This document shows, in pieces, positions 1 to 12,501 of a DNA stretch of 64,000 nucleotides (positions are counted from its first letter, which is position 1; every line of letters starts with the position of its first letter). The position numbers and the translations under genes were made by a program. The notes under the pieces were generated by a model. That model had not been told where the DNA came from and did not search any database. It saw only the letters and a list, made by a program, of their open reading frames with translations. The DNA lies in NCBI GenBank assembly GCA_963796965.1, contig CAWCNS010000009.1, positions 96,001 to 160,000 of the forward strand, read 5' to 3'. Source of the DNA: Calditrichia bacterium (GTDB lineage: Bacteria > Calditrichota > Calditrichia > JAJRVZ01).

Positions 1-429
1 AAGACCAACAAACATCATTGCAGCATAACGAATACGTTCAGATTTTGAGAAAAGATAGAAAAAAGCGGATATACCAAGGATGGGAAGACCATAGTCAGAA
101 ATTTTAAGAGCAATAAGCCAGGCCGTAATGGTTGTCCCAATACCGGCACCCATTATAACGCCGATACTCTGTTTGAGAGTCATAATTCCGGCATTTACCA
201 TCCCAACGACCATCACAGTTGTTACAGAACTCGACTGAATTGATCCTGTAACCACCGCCCCTACACCACAGGCTACAAATCTGTTGTCCGTAATCGTACT
301 GACTAATTTGCGAAGTTTATCGCCGGCAATTGCCTGCATCCCCTCGGACATATTCTTCATACCCAACAGGAAAAGGCCAAGTCCTCCGACGACAGAGATA
401 ACAATTTTAAATATCAGTTCAAAACTCAA
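1..429 (-). CDS. Na/Pi cotransporter family protein, 5' part (runs off window)
   Basis: Manual translation: ELIFKIVISVVGGLGLFLLGMKNMSEGMQAIAG...QSSSVTTVMVVGMVNAG...GAGIGTTITAW, carrying the QSSS and GxxIGTT motifs. Probable TTG start at 429 after AAGGA. Confidence 0.85.
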   Translation of the reverse strand, partial: MSFELIFKIVISVVGGLGLFLLGMKNMSEGMQAIAGDKLRKLVSTITDNRFVACGVGAVVTGSIQSSSVTTVMVVGMVNAGIMTLKQSIGVIMGAGIGTTITAWLIALKISDYGLPILGISAFFYLFSKSERIRYAAMMFVGL

Positions 430-602
430 ATGACAGTTTTTCCTTTTCTTGAGATCCCAGGGTAGGAGAGAAACAGCCTAATATACAAAACTTGTCTATA
501 ATCAAACAACAACATTCTGTAGGTCTTTTATCCTGACGAAGAACTTATTTAATGAGTACTGTATATAGTTAGTATCATATAACACTAAAAATATTTTTTT
601 TA

Positions 603-761
603 GACAGGATAATCCCGATAAAAACGGGATCCAAAAAAACGGACACGATTTACTAAATTCAATCTATCGGTAACTTTTATATTTATAATTACTTAGAAAT
701 ATTTTTCAATATAATTTAGAGAATTTATTGTATATCCTGTTGATCCTGTTAATCCTGTCTG
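603..761. repeat. GACAGGAT/ATCCTGT inverted REP-like element with nested ATCCCGATAAAAACGGGAT hairpin
   Basis: gacaggata at ~603 pairs with atcctgttgatcctgttaatcctgtc at ~735-760. A similar element lies at 25025-25165. Confidence 0.55.
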
Positions 762-788
762 TTTTTTTTCTTTTAGTAACATTTGATA

Positions 789-3456
789 CTATTTGATCAG
801 GATCATTTTCTTCACATCCTGAAAATCACCCGCTTCTATTCTATAATAGTAAATTCCGCTGGATAAATTTTTTGCGTTAAATTCTATTATATGGTTCCCC
901 GCTGCTTTTCTTGCTGAGATAAGTGTCGCTACCTTTTGACCCACTATATTAAAGATATCTAACGTTACATCACTGGGTTCGGGCAACTGATAACTGATAA
1001 CGGTCAAAGGGTTAAACGGATTTGGGTAATTTTGTTCAAGGACAAATTGTTGAGGAATATTTTGACTTTCTCCTTCAATATCTGAAACGATATCGAAATG
1101 TAATTTTTCTTTCCAGAATATGTTACCATCACTTTTAATAAGTACATCGACCGTTGGTCTAGAGGGCGTAGGACAGTTGGGATTTATGCGCAAAGCATAA
1201 ACACCCTCGGTTTGATCACTCTCACCCGGAGTGAGCGTTCCATAATTAACCTTGTCATGAAGAATTTCCAGGATACAGGTATCGGTTGCAACCAATTCAG
1301 CGGTTATATTTGGGATCGTTTCTGTTTCCGAGTAATTTTGCAGATTTAATTTGATCAGGAAATCAGCCCCTGGTGTCGTAAATGTATCTCCACTAGCTGT
1401 GATATACTCAGTTAATATCACTGGACCAATAGTAGTAAAATGTGCTTTATTTGACTGATAGTTCGCATACGATGAATCCACTGAGTATGTGAGCATATCC
1501 AATTTATAATACAAATCGCCGGGAGGCACTGGCCATGATCCACCAAAAACACCATCTTCAGATGCACCATCATCATGATCACCATCATCAAAAAGCCGGA
1601 TCGAATCTTTGACGCTCTGATCAAAACTTTCCACATGCGCAGATAATTCTACCAGATGAGAATCCGGATTAAATGTTTCACAAAAAATTTGCAAGGTATC
1701 TGAACCGGGCGACTGATAGGGATTATTGAATTCAACATTTTGTGTATAGGGCGAAATGAGATGGGTTGTCATATCCTTTAATATCCAATCATCTGCATCC
1801 AGTTCAATCTCCCATGGACGGTCTTTACTAAAAAATTCAAAAGACTGGGTCTGCAGCGAATCCCAGGCCACAGACACAGTAGTGCCATTTGCCGTATTTA
1901 TATAGACATCAATCGGCATCCAAAACATACCCGTGTTTGTCTGCATCTGCTTAATTTCAACTTTGATCGTATATCCACCTTCGACCGGCTTATAAACCCA
2001 GGCATACGAATAAGAGGGATAATATTCGCCATAAATCCATTGCCGGAAGAATTGTTCTAATCCCAAACCGGAAACCTGTTCACAGATCTTCTGAAAATCT
2101 TCCGTGTTTGCTGTGCCGTGATGGTGAGATGGTGAAACATGATACGTCTTTAAAATATCAAAAAAGATACTATCCCCAACCGCATGTCTGAGCATATGCA
2201 ACACCCAGGAGGCTTTATTATAACTCAGTTCTATATCAAAGATATCATCCGTTTTCGGATCTTCCACATAGATAGTTCCCTCTCCTTTATGAGTATGATA
2301 CTCGACCTGGTATGCACTAGCTGAGGAAGAAAATCCGGTGTGCGCAAACCATAATGATTCTGCATAGCGGGCGAATCCCTCGTTTAACCAGATGTGATGA
2401 AAGGTGCGGCAGGTGATCATATCACCCCACCACATATGGGCAAGTTCATGAGCCACACGGCGCTCGGTTGGATCCCCCATACTGGTTAATGTTTGATGTT
2501 CCATTCCAAAAGAGAGCGTCCATTCAGCATGGCCATATTTTTCATCTAAAAAGGGATACTCGCCGAAGATCGTTGCAAAAAACTCAATCATTGAACGGGT
2601 TTTTTTATAGTTGGGTACCAGATAGCTTGGTTCAGCAATAGTCGTGTCGGCGAAGGTATAAAATTCGATGGGCATCTCCTGGCCCTGTCCGGAGACATAG
2701 GTATCCGACCATACAAAGTAGGGATAAATAGCTAACGAGACCAGGTAGGTGACAATAGGATAACCATGATGCCACCAATATGTCGTCAGGGGTCCCATAG
2801 TTGTTTTACTTTTTAATAAACCATTAGAAGCCACGATAAGATCATTAGGAACGGTTACACGGATATCAATTGAATCAGCCTTTGTCAAACGGGAAATCCT
2901 TGCAGGGGAACCAGGCTCTTGCCCCAATAGGCTGATTAAAAGTCCCAATAAACTCTTTCCCGTTATGAGCTCCGAAGGTAAATGAGCCATATCCGGAATT
3001 TCCCGGATAGCCATTATAACAGATTGTAATGCTGGCTTGTTCATTCTGGACTAATGTTGAATCAAGATCTACGGTTAAAATATCATCATTTAAGGTATAG
3101 GTTAAGTTGGACTCAGAAATTGAAGTGAAGTATATACTCTCAATCGTCATTCCATCCCAAAAATTCAATTCCAGCTGTTCAAGGCTGGGGGATGTTATTT
3201 TGAAGATAATCTCCGTTTCACCTCTTAATTGAGCCGTTTGTGGATCGGGGATGAGGTTAAGTGCATAATACTTGACATCATAGTTTTCCTGATTGGTTGT
3301 TACCTGTTGTGAAGAAAGAATTAATTGACGATAGAACTCGCTTTTCATTGTCGTTAATTGTTTCTCCGAGATCTTATCATTTTCATGGGTTTGAGCGGTC
3401 AAAGAAGTTTGAAGGAAAAAGATCATCATTAAAATATAAATCGTGAATAATTTCAT
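789..3456 (-). CDS. M1 family aminopeptidase with T9SS/Por-type CTD; frameshift near 2880
   Basis: ORFs 2875..3456 (signal peptide, ARAWFPC) and 789..3044 join at FPFDK/ADSIDI. Motifs GMEH, HELAH...WLNEGFA and C-terminal NYPNPFNP...KKMILIK. Confidence 0.9.
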
Positions 3457-3832
3457 ATTAAAACTCCTTCGCGTACACCATGGAATTTTACCCGGCTATC
3501 CCATTAGATTAATTATCAGATCAATGATAGATGGACCGGAAGATTCATGTGAGTAATCGAATGAATATAATAATTTTAGGACAATTAAAAACGTTTTTTT
3601 ATACATGATCCAAATGAGATGAAATACAGAAAGTAAGAACCATCTATCTTAACCGATTTGCTATTGTGGGCAGATGATAGTCTTGTTATATCTTTCTATT
3701 TTATTGAAACAAATTAAGTATTTTTCCGTCTTTATTAATGTATTATAGTTTCCAAATATAAGAGTTGTAGTCTCTCTTGAAGATGGACTACAACAACGCA
3801 ATAAAATATTGAATATACAAGGTGAAATTGCT

Positions 3833-4153
3833 ATGAAATCGATTACAAGAATAGAAGAGATGATAATGCTTGCCATATTAAATCTGGGCAATGAGGCTTA
3901 TTTAGTATCTATTCAGGGGTATTTATCAGAGATTTTTGAGAAGAAGGTATCATTAACCTCAGTACATTTGCCCTTGCGCCGATTAGAAAGAATAAATTAT
4001 CTCAGAGCCAAAATGGGTGAAGCAACGGCTGTGCGAGGGGGCCGGAGAAAAAAAATCTATAAAGTGACTGACACCGGATACGAAGCATTGGAGGCATACC
4101 GTAACATTTCAAACAGACTCTGGGATACTTATTTGGAGATGGAAACCCGGTAG
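3833..4153 (+). CDS. PadR-family transcriptional regulator
   Basis: EEMIMLAI...LRRLE...RGGRRKKIYKVT winged-helix pattern, directly upstream of an ABC permease. Confidence 0.85.
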   Translation: MKSITRIEEMIMLAILNLGNEAYLVSIQGYLSEIFEKKVSLTSVHLPLRRLERINYLRAKMGEATAVRGGRRKKIYKVTDTGYEALEAYRNISNRLWDTYLEMETR

Positions 4154-4164
4154 CGAGGACGGTC

Positions 4165-6813
4165 ATGGTTAAACCACCCAAAATACTTGAATCAATTCTG
4201 ACATTTTTTGTTGAGTACGATGAACAGGAATCCCTATGCGGTGATTTTGCTGAAACTTATGCTCTATCGCAGATAGGACCAGTAAAACACAGGCGCTTTG
4301 CTGGTATTTATTTCAGATTCCTAAACTAATCCCGGTATTTGTTATTGAATCTTTAACATGGAGTTTAGTCATGTTCAAAAATTATTTTAAAGTTGCTTTG
4401 CGAAATCTCTTGAATCAAAAGACCTATTCATTTATTAACATATCTGGTCTGGCTTTAGGAATTGCAACCTGTCTGATAATATTTTTATACCTGAGAGCGG
4501 AGCTTAGTTATGATAAATTCCATGAACACACAGACAGGATTTTCCGCCTTGAGAGACAAAACCTTGGACCAAATGGTGAGATTAGAGGGACAGGTAATTC
4601 TTTAGCCCCTTCCTTTACACTATTTTTAGAAAAAGATTTTCCTGAATTTGAACATATTGTACGACTATATCATAGACAGACAAGAGTAAAATATGATGAG
4701 AAAAGTTTTGTTGAAAATAATCTGTTCTTTGCTGAAAAAGATATCTTTGAAGTCTTTACTCTACCAATGATAAAGGGTAATCCGGCAACAGCTTTGTCAA
4801 ATCCCTTTTCAGTTGTATTGTCACAATCAACGGCACATAAATTTTTTGGCAACGAAGATCCGATTGGTAAGAAACTGGAATTTTTCTACAATGTATTTGA
4901 AGTAACAGGGATAATAGAAGACACCCCGGAATATTCACATATTCATTTTGATATAATACCTTCCTACCTTTCCCTTAAAGGATATGGAGGGAGTTACAAT
5001 ATAAAAGAGGATTATTTTCTTGGGGCAGATAATTTCACGGATAACGTAACCTACACCTACGCCAGATTAGCAAGAAATGTAGATCCACAGGTTCTATATT
5101 CAAAAATTCCTGACTTTCTTGATAGAAATATACCACCTGTCACTTTAGGCGACGGAAGCGTTAAAAAGGTTAGCGAACTTGTAAACATTGGCTTGAGAAA
5201 CATTACGGACATCCATATCCGGGGAGATGGTGACACGGATATTGAACCAGTAACAGATTCAGCCTATATCACCATTTTTACGCTCGTAGCTGTTTTTATT
5301 TTAATTATCGCCTGTATAAATTTTATTAATCTTTCAACAGCCCGCGGTGCAAAAAGAGCAAAAGAGGTTGGTTTAAGAACAGTGGTAGGCGCAACCCGTT
5401 CTTCTTTAATCACACAATTTATCGGAGAATCGGTTTTTCTTTCATTTCTTTCATTACTCCTGGCCATTATTCTGGTTGTATTATCACTCCCCTATTTCGA
5501 ATCCTTCATCGGCACAGATCTTCGGTTTAATATATTTACCGATCCCTTTATTTTAATCATTCTTGTAGGAATATTTCTTACAGCTGGAATTATTTCGGGG
5601 CTGTATCCTGCTTTTTATTTATCATCGTTCAATTCAGCAACAATTCTACGAGGTGAAATTACAAAAGGCAGTAAGGGAACTTTTTTTAGAAAGACATTGG
5701 TGGTCTTTCAATTTGCAATCTCTGCCGCTTTGATTATGAGTGTAAGTGTCATTTACAATCAAATGAATTATATGCGGGATGCTGACCTGGGATTCGACAA
5801 AGAGAATGTAATGCTTATTTCTATCGACCAGACTATGAGAAAACATTATAAAGCATTTAAGGAAAATTTACTACAAAGTCGCAACATCATTTCTGTTACA
5901 GCATCCAAAAGGGCCCCTTCAGGATTCCTCAACGATTCGCCGGGTTTCGAAATGGAGACTAAACGGAGAAATTCTAAACAGGCCGTTTAGGATGCCTCAT
6001 AATCGCGTTTGGCATGATTTCTTTAAAACCTATAAGATGGAAATTATCGCTGGTAGGGACTTATCGATTGATCATCCCACCGACGATAGTTTAGCCTATA
6101 TAATAAACGAAACTGCCTGTCGTCATCTAGGAATTGAGAATCCTAATGATGTATTAGGAGCCAGGTTTAAAGCGGCTGGTGCTGTTGAAGGAAAAATTAT
6201 CGGGGTAGTTAAAGATTTTAATTATGAAACCCTTCGAAATGATATCGTCCCTGTTGTAACCTATATCACCGGATATGTTAATACGCTATCAATAAGAATT
6301 GCTCCCGGAGATTACCAGAATTCTATCGAACATATAAAAAATACTTTTGCCAGGTATAATCCCGGGGCAAGTTTTGAATATACTTTCTTAGATGAAAGAC
6401 TTGATGCTTTATATAAAAACGAAGCGACGATGATGGAATTGTTTGGATATTTTAGTGTGTTGGCCCTTATTATAGGCTGTTTAGGTTTATTTGGCTTAGC
6501 GTCTTTTACAGCAGAACAGAAAACAAAAGAGATAGGGATAAGAAAAACATTGGGCGCATCAGTCGGGAACATAACATTTTATTTATCTTATCAATTTACA
6601 CAGTGGGTAGTGATTGCCAACCTTATTGCCATGCCGATTATCTATATTTACATGAATGACTGGTTAAATAATTTTGCCTATAGAACAAATATTGAGATCT
6701 CTATTTTTGTAATCAGTATAACTCTATCATTGGCCATTGCTCTCCTAACCGTAGGTTCACAAATAATTAAAGTAGCCTTACAGAATCCAGTCATAGCCCT
6801 TCGGGCAGAATAG
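4165..6813 (+). CDS. MacB/FtsX-type ABC transporter permease; frameshifts near 4270-4320 and 5960-5990
   Basis: N-terminal prefix MVKPPKILE..GDF at 4165, then MFKNYFKVALRNL, NFINLSTAR..RAKEVGLR and KTKEIGIRKTLGAS duplicated FtsX domains across ORFs 4371..5990 and 5992..6813. Confidence 0.85.
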
Positions 6814-6833
6814 ATTTTATTTACACACCGCAT
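6806..6833 (-). pseudogene. Possible 5' remnant of GIY-YIG gene
   Basis: Minus strand tttttttatttatggactgctATGcggtgtgtaaataaaatctattctg resembles the leader and start of the intact copy at 38092 (ttttttatttgtgggatgttATGtggaaagtttacataatttattcag), and sits directly after a tRNA-mimic repeat. Confidence 0.45.
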
Positions 6834-6844
6834 AGCAGTCCATA

Positions 6845-6911
6845 AATAAAAAAAGGTCCTGCGGACCCCCCCCCCCAGGGCTCAAGCGGGCTGGACGGCC
6901 ATCTCACCGAA
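6845..6911 (-). repeat. tRNA-Asp 3'-end mimic (class B, degenerate) plus hairpin/T-tract
   Basis: gcgggctggacggccatctcaccgaa matches copies at 29554 and 31494. Confidence 0.7.
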
Positions 6912-7333
6912 TGCTAATTTTCGACAGTGATATGAAAAAGCATAATAATATGTTCTATGGAGATTTATACGAATATCCTCCAGATTATTATTCACATTGT
7001 TTACAGTAAATTGAATGCCTAGTACTATCGAAGGAGCTCATCGCCAAAATTTTTTAGTCTAACAACCAGGCCATACAAACATTGCTCAATCAACCAATGC
7101 CCGCGGGTTCACATAAAGTAGAATTTTCCTAAACGTAAATAATTTTTATAAAACTAATCACCCATCAGGACCAGCAGCAAGCTGCCCCTTTATTTTAATC
7201 ATCGTTTCATACATTCAATTATTGGCAATACAATAAATAAAAAGATAAAAGCTGTTTGAATAACATTATTTTGCAGGTATATTAAATGAGCATTAATAAA
7301 TTATTACCCTGATTAAAATAACGATCAAAAAAA

Positions 7334-8005
7334 GTGGAGGCTGAAATGAAGGTTCTTAGAATTTTAACTCTTGGTACTCTTTTGGTCACTTGTATCCAGG
7401 CACAGGAATATCAGGTTGGAGATCATGAACTATTGTTGATGCCGACGGCTTATACGATGGAAACCGGTCAGTCGTATTTTTCTGATTATGAACTGGTATT
7501 TTTAAATTATACCTATGCTGTTACACCCAGTACGCATGTGGGTATTTTCACTCTTTTTCCGATCACCAAAGATTTTCTTGAAACCGTAACCCTGGGTGTG
7601 AAGCAAAAATACCTGAGCAGTGACTTTGTATCTTCTGCTCTCTGGGTTAGTTATACACCCAAAGTTAGTGGTGTGACTGTAGGGAATGTATTCAGTTTTG
7701 GGAAACCGTCGCATGGTTTTCATGTTGGTCTTGCTACAGCCTCCTCTTTTGATGAAAACACCGCTGAATGGCCGCTAATAATATTGCTGGGTTACCGGGT
7801 GGATATTTCAAACAAGTTATCTCTTTTAGCAGAGTACACAAATGTGGAAGCGGCGATTGAGGAGGGTTTTAACGGTCTGCTCAGTATCGGTATACGATTC
7901 AGAGGAGAGAGTATATCCTGGGAATTGGGTGGAATAAGACCGCTGGAGAGTACCGGGGATTTTCTGTTCGCCCCTCTTCTGAAAGCTACGTTCCTTATTG
8001 ACTAA
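7334..8005 (+). CDS. Hypothetical secreted or outer-membrane protein
   Basis: 223-aa ORF with signal peptide and amphipathic beta-strand pattern. Confidence 0.6.
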   Translation: MEAEMKVLRILTLGTLLVTCIQAQEYQVGDHELLLMPTAYTMETGQSYFSDYELVFLNYTYAVTPSTHVGIFTLFPITKDFLETVTLGVKQKYLSSDFVSSALWVSYTPKVSGVTVGNVFSFGKPSHGFHVGLATASSFDENTAEWPLIILLGYRVDISNKLSLLAEYTNVEAAIEEGFNGLLSIGIRFRGESISWELGGIRPLESTGDFLFAPLLKATFLID

Positions 8006-8360
8006 TTGTAGCTCATCCAAAATCAAGTTTCCCATAAATCACCAATATCAAAGATATCGGAATGCAGGGTGTAAAAGATTCTTTTGAATATCTAGTAAAA
8101 GGAACTCATACACTACGAGAGACTAATTAATGAAGGGAAATTTCCATAGAAGAAGGTTAAAAAATAAAATAGACTTAAATGAAAAACGAGACAGCCCATT
8201 TTTGGAAGCCCGCAATCGTAAGATCCGGGGGAGTCGGTTTTACCACTTCGTCAACTTCCAGGGATGGGCTTTTTACTTATTTATGAAAGTACGCGACTTT
8301 ACTTAATACTATAAACCCAAACTATATCTAAAAAATGTGGTTACTAATTGAGGTCAGATT

Positions 8361-9227
8361 ATGTTAAAACATTTATTCATCGTTTTTTTGCTCTTCACTT
8401 TTATAGATCATTGCCAGGAGGTTTATTCCCAGGACAGTGATCAGGGGCATTTGTTTATCATTGGTGGGCGAAAAAATGCCTCTCTGATGAAGAGATATGT
8501 GCAATTAGCAGGAGGAGAACAAGCAAAAGTGGTTATTTTCCCCATGGCCAGCACTGACCCCCTGGAGGCCGCACTTTATCAAAGATATCAGTTGGAAGAA
8601 TTGGGTGTGAGCGATGTAAAATTCATTATTTGTGACAGCGCCTCAGCCGATGCCGATAGTAATTTATCGATCCTCGATGACGCAAACAGTGTTTTTTTTT
8701 CCGGAGGAGACCAGAGTCGTCTAACCAAGGCTTTATTAGGCACAAAAATGCTTGAAAGAATAAAAGAGATCTATAATAATGGCGGGATCATTGGAGGCAA
8801 TAGTGCTGGAGCAGCGGTAATGAGTAAAATAATGATCACCGGAGACGAACTAAAAAACACCGATTCGACCCGGGCCTTCATTACCATCCGGAAAGGAAAT
8901 ATCAAATACACCGAGGGTTTTGGATTTATTACTTCAGCGATTATCGATCAGCATTTTGTTCGAAGAAGAAGACATAACAGGCTCATCTCCTTAGTATTGG
9001 AGAATCCTAAACTTGTCGGTGTGGCGATTGACGAAGAAACCGCGATCATTGTTGCTCCTGATAATACATTTGAGGTTTTAGGAGATTATACGGTGATCAT
9101 TTATGACGCCACAGGTGCGGAAAATATTACCACGGATAAAAATGAGAATCTATCAGCTACGAATATCCGTATGCATATATTAAAATCAGGAGATAAGTAC
9201 GATTTGAGCAGTCGAAAAATCAGATAA
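8361..9227 (+). CDS. cphB: Cyanophycinase (peptidase S51) with N-terminal signal peptide
   Basis: IIGG, FFSGGDQ, GGNSAGA catalytic Ser motif, IIDQHF, R.R.NRL and IDEET motifs. Confidence 0.85.
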   Translation: MLKHLFIVFLLFTFIDHCQEVYSQDSDQGHLFIIGGRKNASLMKRYVQLAGGEQAKVVIFPMASTDPLEAALYQRYQLEELGVSDVKFIICDSASADADSNLSILDDANSVFFSGGDQSRLTKALLGTKMLERIKEIYNNGGIIGGNSAGAAVMSKIMITGDELKNTDSTRAFITIRKGNIKYTEGFGFITSAIIDQHFVRRRRHNRLISLVLENPKLVGVAIDEETAIIVAPDNTFEVLGDYTVIIYDATGAENITTDKNENLSATNIRMHILKSGDKYDLSSRKIR

Positions 9228-10624
9228 TGCAATCAAAAAAATACCGGACACCTAATACATTTTTCATTCTTTCTTCGATTATCGTAATAGTTGCCATCTC
9301 GACCTGGATAATTCCGAGTGGTGAGTATGATATGATCGCGTCGGGTGGCAAGGAATCAATCGTACCCGGCACCTATCATCAGGTTGAATCCAATCCACAG
9401 AGTATCGAGCAAATCTTTCTCGCACCGGTCAAGGGCTTTAGCGATGCCGCATTGATTATTGGTTTAGTGCTGATTGTAGGAGGTGCTTTCGCCGTTTTTA
9501 AAAAAACCAAAGCGATCGATGCTGCAATTATAGCCGTTGCCAAAGCGCACAATCGTTCAAGAATTGTCAGGCTTTTATTACTGCCAATTTTGATAACCAT
9601 GTTTTCCATTGCCGGCGCAGTTTTTGGTATGAGTGAAGAAGTTATTCCTTTTATATTGATTTTCATTCCTCTGGGACTTGTTCTCGGATATGATTCAATC
9701 ACCGGTGTTGCCATTCCCTTTATAGGAGCGGGAGCTGGATTCGCCGGTGCATTTTTAAATCCATTTACTGTCGGTATCGCCCAGGGCATTGCAGAACTAC
9801 CCTTATTCTCAGGCATTGAGTATCGGTTATTGGTATGGGTATGCATTACAGCCTTGGCTATTGTATTTGTGACCCTGTATGCAAACCGTGTGAAGAGAAA
9901 TCCGGAAAGTAGCCCGGTATTTATAAGTGATCAAAACCGGCGAGTAAATTTAGATATAACTCAAATTGCTGATTTTCAGGGTTTAACGAAACAGCAAAAA
10001 GGTGTTTTGTTAACCTTTTTAGCAGGGATACTTGTGTTAATTTTTGGTGTGCTCAGGTTACAATGGTATATTGAGGAAATCGCCGCCTTATTTCTGGCTC
10101 TGGGTATCCTGGTGGGAATCGTAGCCAGACTAAGTATTATCGAGATTACTGATTCGTTTATCTCTGGCGCAAAGGATCTTGTTGGTACTGCTCTCGTAAT
10201 TGCCCTTGCGCGTGGTATCCTGATCATTGCTGAACAGGGTCTGATCATTGATACAATCTTATTTTCTTTATCTTCCCTGATAGAGAACTTACATCCTATC
10301 GTCTCGGCACAATCCATGTTTGTTGTGCAAACCTTACTCAACTTTTTTATACCGTCGGGTAGCGGGCAGGCTGCCTTGACCATGCCGATTATGGCACCTC
10401 TCGCTGATCTGGTTGGCATTTCACGTCAAACGGCAGTTTTAGCGTTTCAGCTTGGCGATGGATTTAGCAATATGATTATACCCACTTCTGCCGTAACCAT
10501 GGGGGTTCTGACCCTGGCCGATATCCCCTGGCTAACCTGGGCACGGTGGATTCTGCCTTTAGAATTTCTTTTTCTTTTGATGGGATTTTTGCTTTTAATC
10601 CCACCATTTATAATAAACTGGTAA
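9227..10624 (+). CDS. YfcC/DcuC-family transporter
   Basis: Multi-TM protein with NPFTVGIAQGIAELP.FSG and PSGSGQAALTMPIMAPL motifs; TAATG overlap with the cyanophycinase stop. Confidence 0.85.
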   Translation: MQSKKYRTPNTFFILSSIIVIVAISTWIIPSGEYDMIASGGKESIVPGTYHQVESNPQSIEQIFLAPVKGFSDAALIIGLVLIVGGAFAVFKKTKAIDAAIIAVAKAHNRSRIVRLLLLPILITMFSIAGAVFGMSEEVIPFILIFIPLGLVLGYDSITGVAIPFIGAGAGFAGAFLNPFTVGIAQGIAELPLFSGIEYRLLVWVCITALAIVFVTLYANRVKRNPESSPVFISDQNRRVNLDITQIADFQGLTKQQKGVLLTFLAGILVLIFGVLRLQWYIEEIAALFLALGILVGIVARLSIIEITDSFISGAKDLVGTALVIALARGILIIAEQGLIIDTILFSLSSLIENLHPIVSAQSMFVVQTLLNFFIPSGSGQAALTMPIMAPLADLVGISRQTAVLAFQLGDGFSNMIIPTSAVTMGVLTLADIPWLTWARWILPLEFLFLLMGFLLLIPPFIINW

Positions 10625-10818
10625 TAACACTTGAAATTATAATGAAGATTTGTGTACGTGCCACTTCCTTATAAGATCTGGAAATTGCATCCACCTGCGC
10701 TAATTTACCTCGCTTGTCAAGAACAATTAAATACCCAATTATAATCGTAAGATTTTGACGACCTACCCTCTCTGCCAACATACAAAAGCATTCTGTTGAG
10801 TAAAAGAAAGGAGGGGAA

Positions 10819-11289
10819 TCATTCGTCCCGGATATCCTGAAGGGCCGTCAATGCTTCAGCAATGTGTTTGCGGGCCTGCCACTGGGAATTGAATATATGG
10901 ATTACTTCGCCTTTCTTATTTACCACATAGGTGACACGGCCTTCGATCTGGCCGAGGAAATTAGTCGGTACGCCAAACTGTTTTCGCACAATTCTTTTAT
11001 GATCACTGAGCAATGTAAAATTCAATCGGTGTTTAGCTGCAAATTTTTTATGACTTTCGATTTTATCTGAACTTATACCAATGACCTCCGCCCCGGCAGC
11101 TTTAAAATCTTCATATTGATCACGGAAACTGCATGCCTCTTTGGTGCAGCCTGCAGTATCGTCTTTGGGATAAAAATAAATGACCAGTTTTTTCTTACCT
11201 ACCAATGATTGGATATCAAACATATAACCGTTCTGATCCGGTAATCTGAATTCCGGAATTATACTCCCCACTTTTACTGGAGGCATCAA
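10819..11289 (-). CDS. bcp: Peroxiredoxin Bcp/PrxQ
   Basis: YFYPKDDTAGCTKEACSFRD motif. Confidence 0.9.
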   Translation of the reverse strand: MMPPVKVGSIIPEFRLPDQNGYMFDIQSLVGKKKLVIYFYPKDDTAGCTKEACSFRDQYEDFKAAGAEVIGISSDKIESHKKFAAKHRLNFTLLSDHKRIVRKQFGVPTNFLGQIEGRVTYVVNKKGEVIHIFNSQWQARKHIAEALTALQDIRDE

Positions 11290-11407
11290 TACTCCTAACT
11301 TTGTTTCAAATTTTTTCTCGCTTAAGTCTTTAACATTGTTTAAAATATTCCCTATCCCTTAACCTATAACCAATTTTCTCCTGCTTGTTCCTTTTCACTT
11401 CTATTTA

Positions 11408-11698
11408 CTATCCCCATAATTGATACGCACAAAACAAAACTAAATAGACAGATAGATAGATGCGGTAAAAATTGCGCAAACGGATATATTCCTGATCATC
11501 AGGATAGATAGTACCAAACAAAGCCCGTATTTCCTTTAGAAAAAATGGTTTGATATTGATAATCCATTGATCGGTCTGATAAACTTTCTTGCGGAATTTA
11601 CTGCGATAGTAACCTAATGGCATCCCCCAGGTTATAAAAAGAATTAACCATATATTTTGTATTACCGTATTAAAAAATTTCATTTTTTGGGAAACCAC
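11408..11698 (-). CDS. Small hypothetical membrane protein
   Basis: 96-aa ORF with two hydrophobic segments, overlapping the DUF1295 gene end. Confidence 0.55.
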   Translation of the reverse strand: MVSQKMKFFNTVIQNIWLILFITWGMPLGYYRSKFRKKVYQTDQWIINIKPFFLKEIRALFGTIYPDDQEYIRLRNFYRIYLSVYLVLFCAYQLWG

Positions 11699-12501
11699 GG
11701 AATAAAGGCGCTGGTCCTCTGAACATAATCCCGGTATTCGGGTTTTGAGTCGTTAAGTGATTTTTCCAGCAAGACAACACCCGATACTTTGATAATCACT
11801 AAAGTCATCAATACCGCGCCAAAAACAGGCAGATAACTGCCTGCGGCCAGAGAGAAAAATCCAAATCCCCACCAAACAACGGCGTCGCCAAAGTAATTGG
11901 GATGTCGCGTATAGCGCCAAAAGCCATGATCAAGAACTTTTCCTTTATTTGCCGGATCGGCTTTAAACCTGACTAATTGAAAATCGCCGCCAGCCTCAAA
12001 TAAAAAACCAAAGATCCACAAAAAAATGCCCATATAATCCAAAAAATTAATCGGTATTCCGTGGCCATGATGCATCCCCCCTAACAAAGGCGCAGAGATC
12101 AGCCACATCATTATACCCTGCAGTAAAAATGTCTGAAAGAAGCTGATCCACCAGTAGCGATTTTGACCGTATTTACGACGGAAGGACTGGTAACGAAAAT
12201 CCTCACCTTTACCGATATTACGCCAGGCAAGGTAAAAGGAAAGTCTAAATCCCCAAATGACAACCAAGATTAGTATAAGGGTTTTACGATCCGGCAGACC
12301 AGTTCCATAATAATAATAGCCCCCCGCGGCAATTACAAACCCTGCTCCCCAAAAAAGATCTACAATACTGACATTTTTAAGGAGCATACTGATCGCCCAG
12401 AGAACAGACATCATTGAGAGAATGATTAGCAGCATATAAAGATAAATATCAGAAAATGTCACCATCATTTTACTCCAACATAAATGCAACAGCTGCAGCA
12501 C
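11680..12501 (-). CDS. DUF1295 (steroid 5-alpha-reductase-like) membrane protein
   Basis: SIVDLFWG, EDFRY, WRYTRHPNYFGD and TSAFIPW motifs. True start may be a later Met. Confidence 0.85.
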   Translation of the reverse strand: MLQLLHLCWSKMMVTFSDIYLYMLLIILSMMSVLWAISMLLKNVSIVDLFWGAGFVIAAGGYYYYGTGLPDRKTLILILVVIWGFRLSFYLAWRNIGKGEDFRYQSFRRKYGQNRYWWISFFQTFLLQGIMMWLISAPLLGGMHHGHGIPINFLDYMGIFLWIFGFLFEAGGDFQLVRFKADPANKGKVLDHGFWRYTRHPNYFGDAVVWWGFGFFSLAAGSYLPVFGAVLMTLVIIKVSGVVLLEKSLNDSKPEYRDYVQRTSAFIPWFPKK

